A DNA stretch of 64,000 nt from Octopus vulgaris. Its lineage: Eukaryota. Below, piece by piece: positions 37,616 to 52,049 of the stretch (its first letter is position 1; each line of letters begins with the position of its first letter). The stretch spans positions 78,740,001 to 78,804,000 of the forward strand of contig OX597824.1 of assembly GCA_951406725.2 (NCBI GenBank), given 5' to 3'. The notes beneath the pieces are model-generated. The model made no database searches and was not told the DNA's origin. It saw only the letters and a program-made list of their open reading frames with translations. Both the position numbers and the translations under genes were made by a program.

Positions 37616-40600
37616 GAAATAAGATTAAGATTAATGTAAAAAAATGAATAACGCAGAAGCAAAGTAACACCAATTATATAGTGCATGTGGTTTTATTGGC
37701 TAAACTGGCAAAATGACCATTCCTAAATACAACAATATATATATACAACGGGCTTCTTTCAGTTTCCATATACCAAATCCACTCACAAGGCTTTGGTTGG
37801 CCCAACGCTATAGTTGAAGACACTTGCCCAAGGTGCCACTGAACCCAGAACCATGTGGTTGGTAAGCAAGCTACTTACCACACAGCCACTCCGATGCCTA
37901 TTAGAGGCACAAAGCCAGCAATTTTGAGGGAAGGGACAAGTCAGTTACATTGACCCCAGTGTTTGACTGCTACTTATTCTATTGACCCCAAAAGGACAAA
38001 ACTGACCATAGGAGAATTTGAGCTCAGAATACAAAGGCAAGGGAAATGCCGCAAAGCGTTTTATCCAATATGCCAACAATTCTGAAACTGCACCACTTGG
38101 TCTGGGCATTTAACACAAAATCTTATGATCATGAGCCAAACATCTTAACCCCTAAATAATCCTTCCTCTTAGAACTACAAAACTCTGAAATTTTGAAAAG
38201 GGATAGGCAATTACACTGACCCCAGTGCCCAACTGCTACTTACTTCAGCAACCTCGAAAGGATGACAGGCAAAGTCAACCTCAGTAGAATTTGAACTCAG
38301 AATGTAAAGATTCTGCCAGCCTACCACCTTCTATCATCATTATCATCATTAAACATCAATGTTCCATGCTAGCATGGGTGGAATGGTACCACAAAAGCCA
38401 GGCAGGCCGAAGCCTGCACCAGACTTCTGTGACTGTTTCGGCAGGATTTTTACAGCTGGATGCCCTTTCTAGCATCAACCAATCAGCAGAGTGGACTTAG
38501 TGCTTTTTACGTGACACAAGCACAGGCAAGGTCAGATTTGGCAAGGTTTTTACAGCTGGATGCCCTTCCTAAAACCAAACACTTTACAGTGGACTGGGTG
38601 CTTTTAAGTGGCACCTGCACTGACAGGGTCACCAAGTACTTGGAAGACAAAACTTTTCAGAGGGGAAGAGGCATTGGAGGAGGTGATGATGAAAAGGTTA
38701 TAGTGAGACAGAGGCTGCAAGCTGGCAGAAACCTTAGCACACCGGGCAAAATGCGAAGCCGTATTTCGTTTGCCGTTATGTTCTGAATTCAAATTCCGCC
38801 AAGGTCGACTTTGCCTTTCATCCTTTCGGGGTTGATAAATTAAGTACCAGTTACGCACTGTGGTCGATGTAATCGACTTAATCCGTTTGTCTGTCCTTGT
38901 TTGTCCCCTCTGTGTTTAGCCCCTTGTGAGTAGTAAAGAAATAGGTATTTCGTCTGCTGTTACATTCCGAGTTCAAATTCCACCAAGGTCGACTTAGATT
39001 TTCATCCTTTCGGGGTCGATGAATTAAGTACCAGTTATGCACTGGGGTTGATATAATCAGCTTAATCTGTTTGTCTGTCCTTGTTTGTCCCCTCTGTGTG
39101 TAGCCCTTTGTGGACAATAAAGAAATAAGATAGAGGTGTTTTGCTGTAGAGGAAGTACAAGGTTACCTGGTTGGAGAGAGAAAGATCGGGAATGAAGACA
39201 GAAACAGGTGTGCTACAGCTAAGAAAATACACAGTTGTCCAACCTGAGGGAAGTGGAGGAGAAAAAGAGAGTGAGTGGGAGACCGCAGGATGAAGATGAT
39301 GGCAAAATGCCGGGCATACTCACAAGGAACGGGGATCAGAGTATAAATGAGATAGTTGAGTAAAGGAAGAGAGAGATATAGATAGTGATAAGTGGCAGGG
39401 TATACCCCCAAGGTTCATAATTTAAGTGACAGGATATTGCAAAAGAAGAGCAATTAAAGAGGTGTGAGTAAGTGGCAAAAGACCTAGATATAGTATTCCT
39501 AAACAAAAACGAAAATGAAATGACAGGATGGTCACAGATGGAATACACTTGTTCGTAGAGCAGTTCAACCAAGAGTGAAATGAGGCACCAATAAATAACA
39601 AAAAAACAACCCCGTTGTTCTCTCTACTCTATCACTTCTGCCCTTTCTACTAAGGTGTAAGTTGTCATGGATTCTCTCTGCAGCAAGAAACCTGTTCAGC
39701 TCTGGCCCTTTGTCTCATATGTGTACTTGTCTTTTACCCCTCATCTCCTAGTATAAAGCTGTTCCCCTTTCCAGAGTTCATAGACTTGCAAACTGCATGA
39801 CAGCCTTGTCAGTGATGGTGGCATGAAAAAAAAAGTTGGTGAGCTGGTAGAATTGTTAGCATGCCGGACGAAATGCTTTGTGGTATATCGTCTGCCGCTA
39901 CGTTCTGAGTTCAAATTCCGCCAAGGTCGACTTTGCCTTTCATCCTTTCGGGATCGATTAAATAAGTACCAGTTATGCACTGGGGTCGATATAATCGACT
40001 TAATCCGTTTGTCTGTCCTTGTTTGTCCTCTCTGTGTTTAGCCCCTTGTGGGTAGTAAAGAAATAGGTATGAAAAAAAAAACCACCCAGTACATACTGTA
40101 AAGTGGTTGGTGTTAGGAAAGGCATCCAGCCATAGAAGCCATGCCAACGCAGATATTAGAGTGTGATGCAGTCCTTGGACACAGAGGATCCTCATCAAAC
40201 CATCCAAACATGCTGGCATGAAACATGGGCATTAAATTACGATATTTAGTGATGAAACTATTGATAACGATGATGATGATGATTATTATTATTATTATTA
40301 TTATTACTAGCACTGACCCGGCAATGCCGGGTCATAGTGCTAGTGCATGCATATACAGCTGCGTGCGCACATACACACGAGTACTGTCCAAATCTTCGAC
40401 CAATCACATATAGCTAGCTGGCATTCAATTGGTGTATCAAGTTTCGGGCATTTTGATTGGGTTTTGGATAGAAAATTTACCAAAAAGTTACTTCTATTGA
40501 TTTTTTAATGGCTTTGCGGGGTGACTGGGGAAATGTAAAGATGTGCATGACCACCCTTGGATGGTTTTGAATGAGCATAGAAAGTGCGAGCCCTCTAACT

Positions 40601-40946
40601 GAAAAATTGTGGATTTGTATAAAGGACACACACGCAGATATTTTGCTGTTTCACATAAAAAACACCATCCGAGCGTGGCCGTCTGCCAGCCTCAACTGGC
40701 ACCTGTGTCGGTGGCACATAAAATCACCCACTACACTCTCGGAGTGGTTGGCGTTAGGAAGGGCATCCAGCTGTAGAAACACTGCCAGATCTGACTGGCC
40801 TGGTGCAGCCCTCGGGCTTGCCAGACCCCAGTTGAACCGTCCAACCCATGCTAGCATGGAAAGCGGACGTTAAACGATGATGATGATGATGATGATGATA
40901 TATAGAGAAGAGATGATAAGGAGGATAATAACAATAAATTCCTTAC

Positions 40947-41039
40947 GTCTTTTATCTTTGCATCAGTTAAAGCTGCTGTTTTATTCCAGGTCTTCGTATC
41001 ATAAACAATAATTTCCTTTTCAACAGGAACCAAGAGATT
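40947..41039 (-). CDS. WDHD1: WDHD1 exon 7 (NLLVPVEKEIIVYDTKTWNKTAALTDAKIKD)
   Basis: ttgtag| and |gtaag; 93 nt; homologous to LLAIPVEK. Confidence 0.92.
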
Positions 41040-41954
41040 CTACAAATGAAAAACAGAATTTTTGTTTTTAAACAGAAAAATATTAAAAAAAGTGTAAATT
41101 GAAAAAAAAAATCATTTTCTGTTAAATAAACACAAAATTTCAAATAGTTTCAAAGTCTACAGGAATATTCTAATATTTTCTAGACATTCTTTTAAAACAT
41201 GATTCACACTTAAAATTGTCTTCCACTGAACCAAAAATTCAGAATACAGTGCCCAAAAGCAGCAGCATCACCCCGACTTCCTACGCAACCGCTGAGCCTG
41301 GATGTGCATTCATCCATCCGTCGATGCTGTCGGTGTCGGGGGTTGACCTGCTTTCTCTTCTGCGGGTCTTACGAATAGCAAAGGACCACGTTTCGGACTT
41401 CTCCTACTAGGACGAAGACCGCTTCACTCAACAGCAACAGCATCAATCATCTCATTAAATAAGCGTTTTGTTGTTTTGTTTAGTACCGTTAATTATTAAA
41501 TTGTATATTTAGTTAGGCTTGGCTATGTGGTAAACAATTTAATCGCCCAACCATGTGATTTCGGGTTCAGTCCCCACTATGTGATACCTTGGATAAGTAT
41601 CCCCAACTGTAACCATCAGCTGACCAAAACCTAGTTAGCAGATTTAGTAGACAGAAACTGAAAGAAGCCCATAGTGTATGTGCATGTTTGTGTGTGTATG
41701 TGTGAGAGAGAGAGTAGATTTTCCTTTCTACAAGTGTATTAGTTTGCTAATCTTAAACAATGGCTTCACCAACTATTGTTCGCTTGCAGTCCACTGCAAA
41801 AATATATGTGAGTTCAAGTCTCATGGCTGAGAATAAAATTATTTTCCTTATCTGTATCTTTCAGATTTTTCTGCAAAATATGGGTAGTTTATCCTGTTCA
41901 TGCTATATTATTAGAATTATCTTGCGTTTGAGAATAAAATTATTTCCTTATCTG

Positions 41955-41999
<45 letters not shown>

Positions 42000-42077
42000 A
42001 CATATAGCGTTCTGTCTATTGCTATACAAATCCATCATTTTTGCTAAAATGTCTTATTGACAAGTTTCGCTTTTTTC

Positions 42078-42163
42078 ACTTTCCTGAGGAGAAGACTGCA
42101 TTGTTTATACCATTTATTCTTTTGAATAGTATCAGTGGAATTTTCGAAACATGTGTCGAAAGT
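42078..42163 (+). ncRNA. Type I hammerhead ribozyme motif (predicted cleavage after 42157)
   Basis: Stem I ACTTTC/GAAAGT; core CTGAGGA; stem II GAAGA/TTTTC, imperfectly extendable; GAAAC-ATGT-GTC. Confidence 0.75.
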
Positions 42164-42781
42164 AAAAATATTTGATTACACCTGCGTTAACACCAGTTTA
42201 TTTATTCATATATTATTCAAAATATTCAACATAAACACGAAGTTTCTACCTTTATAAACAAGGAGTTACAATAATCTTTACTTGTAAGACCTCGTTGAGG
42301 CAAGTGAGGATCAGAATCGAAATCGATCAATGGAAATCGATCAATGGAAATTGCAGATGTGTTACCAGTGCCGGTGGCATGTAAGAGAACTTTCCGTTTC
42401 GCGACCGTTGCCAGCACCGCCCCGTTTCGTGTCCGTTGCCAGCCTCGCCTGGCCCTCGTGCCGGTGGCACATAAAAAGCACCATCCGTTCGTGGCCGTTT
42501 GCCAGCTCTGTCTGGCACCAGTGCGGGTGGCATGTAAAAAGCACCCACTACACTCACGGAGTGGTTGGCGTTAGGAAGGGCATCCAGCCGTAGAAACACT
42601 GCCAGATTTGACTGGGCCTGATGAAGCCTTCTGGCTTCACAGACCCCAGTAGAACCGTCCAACCCATGCTAGCATGGAAAACGGACGCTAAACGATGATG
42701 ATGATGTGAGATTTTTGCTACCCTGGTAACTATTTATTTATTTTTTCTGTGTTAATTGTTAACAAGGTAAAAATACACTCA

Positions 42782-42852
<71 letters not shown>

Positions 42853-43274
42853 TATTATAAAAGGCAGATTTTATCTGCCTCCCTTTGGGAGTTATACAAA
42901 TCTACAATATAGGATTTCTTCAATTACAATTTACCTAGCAATTTTAAGAGTACAATGCATCGCGTCATGCCAGCTCCAGTTTTTAAAATTTAAACTCCAA
43001 TTAAGCAAAATTTACAGAAAACTCACATTCTGGTGTGTGTGTCAAATGCTTTTCTTAGTCTGGTTTACACCACACGCAAACGCACACACACAGTGGGCAA
43101 CGGATAAAATGAAAGTAAATAGCGACAGAGTGATTTGAGGAAGACTAAAGTGAAAGTATTCTGTCTATGACGATGATAGATACATGAGTAAAATGTATGG
43201 GAAGCTAAGAGCTAAGAGTGAGTGAAAATGTTCTTGGAAGAGAGTAATTAGTAATAAAGTAAACATACATACAT

Positions 43275-43307
<33 letters not shown>

Positions 43308-43596
43308 TACACACACACATACATACACACACACATACATACATACATACATATACATACATACATACATACATATACATACATACATATACACACACAC
43401 ATACACACAGTATTGAAGCTTGAGAACAATCAGATACATTTGCAACACATCTGTTGAAAATATTATTGTTCACACACATACATATACATATATACATACA
43501 GACAGACAGACAGATAGACACACACACACACACACACACATGATCCAGCATGGCCACAACCTCAAGGCTGAAACATATAAAAGAATAACAGAATAT

Positions 43597-43955
43597 AAAT
43601 GTGTGCAAAGTACAAGAAATATTAATGCAGTATATGGGGATTGGACAATAAGCGTAAGGCAGTGTCAATGGTGGTTCCAGAAATCCCGAGCCATAAACTA
43701 CAGCCTAGAAGACGAGCCTCATCCTGAAAGATCTGTAGAACTCGACAAGGACATCCTGAAAACCCTGGTGGAACAAAATATCATCGTAACTGTTGAGGAA
43801 CTAGCAGAGAAGCTTGGATTTGGTCATTCAACCATTCATTGACACCTGTGTGCTATCGGAAAAGTCAGCAAATTGGGTCAATGGGTTCCTCACGAACTTT
43901 CCGAGTCTAATTGCATGCAGAGAGTGAATGTATGCTTTTCTTTGCTGTCATATCT
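43597..43955 (+). pseudogene. Mariner (Tc1/mariner) transposase relic, N-terminal HTH region
   Basis: INAVYG..ISVRQCQWWFQK..SLEDEP..TVEELAEKLG..STIH*HL..IGKVSKLGQWVPHEL. Confidence 0.88.
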
Positions 43956-43977
43956 CACCACTACTGCGCTATGTATA

Positions 43978-44612
43978 TCTATATATATAAAACTGTAGTT
44001 GTGTGAGTGTCTGTCCCCTTCGATTTAGATTCCTAACTACTCCCACATTTTGCGGTACAGTTTAACCAAATTCGGGTAGCTTATAGTCGTGATTCATATC
44101 GAGCCCGTCTGAATATTAGCGCGCGTCTACGATGAGTCTACGATTTTAAAAATAATTTAACATCATTTTTTATTCCATTTTAATGCATAATTTTTCGTGT
44201 GTCGATGGCGGCGGAGTTGGCGTCCACGCTCACATCTGCACCTGTGGGGAAGGGAGTGTAAGGAAATCAACGTCGTAATGCGTTGTCAAGGAGACCAGTG
44301 TTCTTTTAGAACAACGACTTCATGGCTTCAAGACACCAAAACAGAAATGGCTAAGAAAGCGTCTACATGAGTCTACGATTTAAAAAAAAATTTACCATCG
44401 TTTTTTTCCATTTTAATGCATTTTTTCGCTATTATATAAGGGAAGTAACTCTCTAAAAATGTCTACGATGAGTCAACGATTTTTAAAAAATTTACCATCA
44501 TATTTTTTCCATTTTTAATGCATTTTTTGCTATTTTTTGGCTATAACTCTCTAAAAATGCTTATATAGTTATTTCCCTTACAAACCCGAGCAACGCCGGG
44601 CGATACTGCTAG
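43978..44612 (+). mobile_element. Non-autonomous Helitron-like element
   Basis: 5' TC, subterminal hairpin CCCGAGCAACGCCGGG, 3' CTAG, inserted between A and T; noisy relative near 15020-15339. Confidence 0.75.
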
Positions 44613-44864
<252 letters not shown>

Positions 44865-45069
44865 ACTTGTTACAGTTTCCATCTACCAAATCCAAGGCTA
44901 TGACAGAAGACACTTGCCCAAGGTGCCACATGAACCTGGAACCCTGGAACCATGTGGTTGGGAAGCAAGCTACTTAGCACACAGCCACTACTGTGTGTAT
45001 TGCAGTTGCACAACAACATCTTCACATGCAGACATACTGTTTGTATTATTATGTGTCAGAGAAACTTAC

Positions 45070-45115
45070 CTCTCCAAGAGGATCCCAGCATAAACGGCAA
45101 AGAGATTTCGCCAAG
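45070..45115 (-). CDS. WDHD1: WDHD1 exon 6 ([15 protein letters not shown])
   Basis: ttgcag| and |gtaag; 46 nt; homologous to AKSICRLAWQP. Confidence 0.92.
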
Positions 45116-45868
45116 CTGCAAAGAGGAGCAGGAGAAGAAAATAGGAATAAATTAGCATCCATAAAATAGATATCCATGTGATAAATTCAATAAATTCCAA
45201 ATGTATAATCAACAAATAAAGAACCATAAACACTATCATTTATTTTAGCACCCACATGTCCGTTCTTTCATGGGGCAGACAGAGTTTACATTCTTTTACT
45301 CTTTTACTTGTTTCAGTCATTTGACAGTGGCCATGCTGGAGCACCGGCTTTAATCGAGCAAGTCGACCCCAGGACTTAAATTCTTTGTAAGCCTAGTACT
45401 TATACTATTGGTTTCTTTTGCTGAACCGCTAAGTTACAGGGACATAAACACACCAGCATCGGTTGTCAAACGATGTTGGGGGTGACAAACACAGACACAC
45501 ACATACATCGTCGTCGTCGTTTAGCACCCGCTTTCCATGCTGGCATGGGTTGGATGGTTCAACTGGGGTCTAGGAAGCCAGAAGGCTGCACCAGGCCCAG
45601 TCTGATCTGGCAATGTTTCTACGGCCGGATGTCCTTCCTATATATGACAGGCTTCTTTCAGTTTCTGTCTACCAAATCTACTCACAAGGCTTTGGTCGGC
45701 CCGAGGCTATAGTAGAAGACACCTGCCCAAGGTGCCACGCAGTGGGACTGAACCCGGAACCATGTGGTTGGGAAGCAAGCTACTTACCACACAGCCACTC
45801 CTGCGCCTAAATATAAGTTGGTGGATCCAAGAGTTATATAAAATGTAAGAACAGTAGAAGACTCTCAC

Positions 45869-45966
45869 CTCACATCACTGCATCGTGCTAAACCATTCCA
45901 TGTCTTCAGACTGGTATGAGTAGACATTGACCAGACACGGTAGGATCCATCACAACTGGACGATGC
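45869..45966 (-). CDS. WDHD1: WDHD1 exon 5 (ASSSCDGSYRVWSMSTHTSLKTWNGLARCSDV-S)
   Basis: ttcag| and |gtgag; 98 nt; homologous to ASASCDGSVRVW. Confidence 0.94.
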
Positions 45967-47728
45967 CTGAAATGGAATTGAAGAAATTCTTATTCAACCA
46001 AGAGAAACATTATTACAATAGAATGATTATTACAGTTATCTTTTACACTATAGCAAACAAGAACTGATGGATCAATTATAGAACCAATAAGAATATTTAG
46101 CCAAAGACAAACTGATGGACTTGTTTTTTCTCTTGTTCATCCTCTTACCTTCTTGGTATCATAGCTGGCAGAACCGTTAGCACGCCAGGCAAAATGCATA
46201 GCCGTTACGTTCTGAGTTCAAATTCCGCCAAGGTCGACTTTGCCTTTCATCCTTTCGGGGTCGATAAATTAAGTGCCAGTTACGCACTGGTGTCGATGTA
46301 ACCGACTTAGTTCGTTTGTCTGTCCTTGTTTGTCCCCTCTATGTTTAACCTCTTGTGGGTAATAAAGAAACATATTTAACTATACTGTTTGTTTCAAGCC
46401 TGCATTTCAATTAATACTAGAAATACAAGGTGTTTAGGCTAAATTTGACAGTTTGCTTAAAAGAACAAGGAAATGCAATAGCCCATCCGAGAATAAAAGC
46501 ATTTATAAAAATTAAAATATATCAAATAGATTATAGCCGGAAGATAAGTTTTTTCAAAGTTGTCCAAACAGCATGTAATGAAGAATTTAGTGATATAATT
46601 TTGTCAAGACTAAGCAGATATTTGAAACTTAAATTAGCATAAAATTCTGGTGGAAAGTTTTTTCAATTCAGATCACATTGAAACATGAGGTTTCCATCAT
46701 AGAACTAGAAGTCTTTGTCTGGTTGGTATTGTGCATTTAAACAGGAGTGGCTGTGTGGTAAGTAGCTTGCTTGCCAACCACATAGTTCCGGGTTCAGGCC
46801 TATGGGACAGTTGGGCAAGTTGTTTCGAGAAAATTTGGTTTAAATGCTTGACAACTCAGCACCGTCCATTGGACGGTGGGGGGGATGCCTTTTGCTCATA
46901 GATAGACACAGAGAAAAAGAAAGGTAGTGATATGAAGTATTAAAAGTTGAACAACAAAAAGGAATGAAGAAGGAAAAGAAGCCAAACAGATAGCAGGACA
47001 GAAAGATGGATGAAATATTAAGACAAGTTGAGGCAAGTGAAATTGAAGTCGAAATCAAACTCGGTGACCGGCATCCGTTGCTAGTGGACCGCTAAGAGTA
47101 CCATACGAGTGAGATCGTTGCCTGAGCAACAAACTGGCCTTCGTGCCGGTGGCACGCTAAGCACACCATTCGTGCGTGATCGTTACCGCATCGCCTTACT
47201 AGCACATGTGCTGGTGGCATGTGAAATATTCGAGTGAGGACGTCGCCAGTGCCGCTGGACAGGATCCTGTGCAGGTGGCACGTAAAAAGCACCATTTGGA
47301 CGTGACCGTTGCCAGTACCACCAAACTGGCCCTCGTGCCGGTGGCACGTAAAAGCACCCACTACACTCTCGGAGTGGTTGGCGTTAGGAAGGGCATCCAG
47401 CTGTAGAAACTCTGCCAGATCAGATTGGAGTCTGGTTCGCCAGACATAAGTCAAATCATCCAACCCATGCTAGCATGGAAAGTGGACGTTAAATGATGAT
47501 GATGATGATGATGATGAATTAATAATTATGGAAGAAAGGAAAGAAATAATAAATGCCAGAAGTTATCTTTACACTTGTGAAAAGCCACACTGATGGCTGT
47601 AGTGTCAAGGAGAGAGAGAAGGGATACAGAGACAAGAATATATTGGCTGAAAGAGTCAAGTCACACTTAATACTGGTAACAAGCCATGATGTAGAGATAG
47701 AAGGAGAAATAAAAGGAAGCTAACAAAC

Positions 47729-47837
47729 CAGAAAGAGTCCTTTGGGATGTAAAGCCACACTCAATATTGGAGCTTCGTGTCCTTGGAGAGATTTCTGCTT
47801 GCTTGATCGTACATCTGTGATTTTGATCATGAAGTCA
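47729..47837 (-). CDS. WDHD1: WDHD1 exon 4 (DFMIKITDVRSSKQKSLQGHEAPILSVALHPKGLFL)
   Basis: ttctag| and |gtttgt; 109 nt; GHxAP WD40 motif; phase fits. Confidence 0.93.
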
Positions 47838-48182
47838 CTAGAAGGAAAACAGACATCTTACTTACAAACTAGCTGTGCGTATGCATATATCATCACATGC
47901 ATACATATATATCTCTATATATACAATGCTGAAGTTGTCTATGTATGGCAGGTTTGGTAGCCTTCAACTAACACTATCTCCTCCGAGACCCTGCGGCGCA
48001 AGTTGACCAAAATTGAGAGTATGATAGAAGAAGAGCTTGCTCTTCCTTCCGTAGAAGAAAAAATTCAAATCAGACCATGTTAAGACCAAAAATTATTTAC
48101 ATCAAAAAGGTGCTTTTTTTCTATGAAAATCCCTATTTTTTACGATTTTTTTGACTGCTGTGTTGCCATTTTTCGGCATGCA

Positions 48183-48322
48183 TGTGTATGAAGGGGAGAA
48201 AATCAGGTGTAGTGTTGGCGAATCTCTGGAAGCATGGAAGTTTTGAAGGATGCAGTGCTCCGACAACTAACAACTGATGCTGGCAGTTTGTTCCATACTT
48301 CAGCAACTCTTAGCGTGAAAAA
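48183..48322 (-). mobile_element. CR1-type LINE 3' end fragment
   Basis: FFTLRVAEVWNKLPASVV...SFK, a typical CR1 ORF2 C-terminus. Confidence 0.75.
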
Positions 48323-49327
48323 TTATTAGGGGTATAGCAAAAGACATTGCCACACAGTGATGTGTTGATAAAAGAGGGAGAGAGTCTCCATATGGGCCAT
48401 AACATGATTTGCTGACTGCTCCTTCACAAATCAGTAACATAGGTCAATTGATATATAAAGACAACTCACCATTAATTAAGGATCTTTACCTTTTGACCGA
48501 CAGATTTAAAAACTAATTTTTTGTAACTAAACACTTTCAAACTTCGGACACTGGTAGAATGTGTCATATAAAACTTCTTTTACTCTTAGCATTTTTGAGA
48601 AAAACTTATATTTACGAAGTAATTTCACGTTAAAGTAGTCGTATTTCGGTAATTTCAACCAATCAATGATGAGTATTCAGCTGAATAAAAGTACCGTCGT
48701 TGTTTGTCAACAACAACTATCGGCAGTGTATATTTCATTTGTCACTGTTATTTATGACATCGTTCGTGCGTGTGTACTAGTTTTAGCTGTAAGGTGTTAG
48801 GGTTAGGGTTTTAGGGTTAGGGTTGTCATAAATAACAGTGACAAATGAAATATGCACCGCCAGAAGTTCTTGTTAACAAACAACAACAGTAATTTTATTC
48901 AGCTGAATACACATCATTGATTGGTTGAAATTACCGAAATAGGACAACTTTAACATTCAGTCCCACTGCAGAACACCTTGGTCAAGTGTCTTCTTTCAAC
49001 CAACACATTGTGAGTGAATTTGGTAGAGATACATCACTTCACACATGCACACACACACACACACAGGTGCAAGCACTTATTCGCACACACAGATACACAC
49101 ACATGCTCTCATGCACAAGTTGATTGCATTGACTCCAGTACTAAACTGGTATTTATTTCATGAACTCCGAAAGGATGAAAGGCAAAGTCAACCTCAGTGG
49201 AGTTTGAACTCGAAATGCTGCTAAGTAATTTGCCCAGTGTGCTAACAATTCCGCCAGCAAGAACAACAACAAACAAGACCAAACGCTAACTCTAGTACAA
49301 AGCTGACAAGAAAATTATGTAAAATAC

Positions 49328-49479
49328 CTTGCTCCTGCGACCAGAATTGTTCCTGCTCTGTTGAAGCACATGTGGTTAGCAGGAGCAGTGAACCGTGTAA
49401 CCATACCATCTGCTATACCATCTGGAAATGTGTATATTTGGATGCTGTTGACATCAGATGCAGTGTAGAACTTGTGATT
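49328..49479 (-). CDS. WDHD1: WDHD1 exon 3 (NHKFYTASDVNSIQIYTFPDGIADGMVTRFTAPANHMCFNRAGTILVAGA-S)
   Basis: ttacag| and |gtat; 152 nt; matches the TFPEG..DG..TRFT motif. Confidence 0.95.
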
Positions 49480-49546
49480 CTGTAATAAACAAACAGAAAA
49501 AAAATATAAAAGAAGAATATATTCACAGCTGTTGCTGTAACAATGA

Positions 49547-50340
49547 AGGAGTTTCTATGTGGTCGTTCACCCTGCTAGAAATAGAAGCTAAATCTCCCTC
49601 AATTCATACACTCTACTGAATCTATGGAAAAACTACTGGAGAAATGAGGCCTTATCCATTTTAATGTCTATTTTCCTATGCTTGTATAGGTCAAGCAAGG
49701 AGTTCCTATATGGTCATTCATCCTGCTAGAAATAGAAGCCAAATCTCCCTCAATTCATACACCCTACTGAATCTATGGAAAGACACTACTGGAGAAATGA
49801 GGCCTTATTCATTTTAATGTCTATTTTCCTATGCTTGTATAGGTCAAGCAAGGAGTTCCTATATGGTCATTCATCCTGCTAGAAATAGAAGCCAAATCTC
49901 CCTCAATTCATACACCCTACTGAATCTATGGAAAGACACAGGAGAAATGAGGCATTATCATTGTAATCATTAGCATCATCATCATCATTTTAATGTCTAT
50001 TTTTCTATGCTTGTATGGGTCAAGCACGGAGTTTCAACCTGCTAGAAATAGAAGTCAAATCTCCCTCAATTCATTCACCCTACTGAATCTATGGAAAGAC
50101 ACTGGAGAAATGAGGCCTTATCATTGTGATCATCATCATCATCATTTTAATGTCAATTTTCCTATGCTTGTATGGGTCAAGCAAGGAGTTTTATCCTGCT
50201 AGAAATAGAAGTCAAATCTCCCTCAATTCATTCACCCTACTGAATCTATGGAAAGACACTGGAGAAATGAGGCCTTATCATTGTGATCATCATCATCATC
50301 ATTTTAATGTCTATTTTCCTGTGCTTGTAAGGGTCAAGCA
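49547..50340. repeat. Tandem array of five units of about 151-163 bp
   Basis: GCTAGAAATAGAAG recurs at 49574, 49725, 49878, 50041 and 50198. Confidence 0.9.
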
Positions 50341-51827
50341 AGATTCACTGAGGAAAATTTTTCTATAGCTGGATGCCTTTCCTGTTACCAACCTTCACCT
50401 GTTTCCAAATAAGATATTATTATCATCCCTAGTTCAAGCCCTTTTTCACAGAAGACTGCAAGCAAACATCACTGCTTGTGTGACAATAAAGTTTATTCAT
50501 AATTAGTATGTAATGTCAAGACAAAGAGATACATACACAAACATATATATATCTCATTTTATAGTCATTAGAGAGCAGCCATGCTGGAGCACCACCTTGA
50601 AAACAACCCTAGGAAGTATCAATCTCTTGCTAGGTTACAGGGATATAAACACACCAAGACCAGTTATCAAGCAGGTTTGGGGGACAGACACAAACAAAAA
50701 GATACACAGGGCTTCTTTCTGTTTCCATCTACCAAATCCAAGGTTATAACAGAAGACCCTTACCCAAGGTGTCACGTAGGGGGACCGAACGTAAAACCAC
50801 ACAGTTGCCAATTGAGCATTTTTACCATACAGCCATGAATACACCTAATACTTTTTTTTTTTTTATTTATGCGCCCTTTTCAAGCCTAGCCAGGCTCATG
50901 GCCCCGGTTTCCATAGCGTATGTGTTCACCCCAGCTGGACGGGACGCCAGTCCATTGCAGCGTTACTCAGGAAACAGGAAGAAAGAGTGAAAGAAAGTTG
51001 GAGCGAAAGAGTACAACAGGGTTCACCCTCACCCCTGCTGGAGCCTCGTGGAGCTTTAGGTGTTTTCGCTCAATAAACACACACAACACCCAGTCTGGGA
51101 AACGAAACCGCAATCCTCCGAACGCGAGGCCACTACCCTAACCACTGGGCCATTGTGCCTCCACGCACCTAATACATACAGTAATTTAAAAGTATGAAAA
51201 AAAAGAGATTCACCCTGATGTACAGGAGGGGTTAGTTTTAAGGATCTCTCTTCGATTCCCCTTTTATATTTTATTCTTTCACTTGTTTGTCATTTGACTG
51301 CAGCCATGCTGGAGCACCACCCTGAAGGGTTTTAGTCAAAGAATGCAACCCCAGGACTTGTTTCTTAAGCCTAGTAATTCTATCAGTTTCTTTTGCCAAA
51401 CCACTAACTTACGGGGATGTAAACACACTAACACCAGTTGTCAAGCGGTGGAGGCACACACATACATATATATGATGGGCTTCTTTCAGTTTTCATCTAC
51501 AAAATCCATTCACAAGGCTTCGGTCGGCTCGAGGCTATAATAGAAGATACTTGCCCAAAGGGCCACACAGTGGGACTGAACCCGGAACCATGTGGTTGGT
51601 AAGCAAGCTATTTACCACACAAACATGCCCAGACGCCAATCAGTGAACCTGCTAGAAAGCTCAACCAAATCTGTGAAATTACATCCTACAATCTTGAAAA
51701 TAGATGGATACATTGAAATCCTAGACACATAAAAGATAGGATGTCAAGAATACCTTCGATTGTAAGTCAGCTTGATCAAGACTGACCCAGGGGCTGAACA
51801 AGAACAACAGCAACAAATCCCTCTTAC

Positions 51828-51939
51828 CTTGTACAAAACAGCAAAAACCTTCTCTCCAATCTGATATGACATCGCATCAGAATCATTGAAGCCATCCCAT
51901 ATACGAACATCACCATCTGTTCCACAGCTAAGAATGTAT
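51828..51939 (-). CDS. WDHD1: WDHD1 exon 2 (YILSCGTDGDVRIWDGFNDSDAMSYQIGEKVFAVLYK)
   Basis: tgcag| acceptor and |gtaag donor; 112 nt; WD40 motif. Confidence 0.95.
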
Positions 51940-52049
51940 CTGCAAGTGAGAGGAGACAATGGCAAGAGAAAACAAAATGTTAGAGAAACTGGTCAGGTGT
52001 AAGGAAGAGACTGAAAAGAAACAGATAGATAAGAGAGGGCGGTAATACA

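Noticed and set aside
41380-41400. Minus-strand GAAAC-GTG-GTC resembling a hammerhead half-core
   Set aside because: No properly placed CUGANGA with supporting stems
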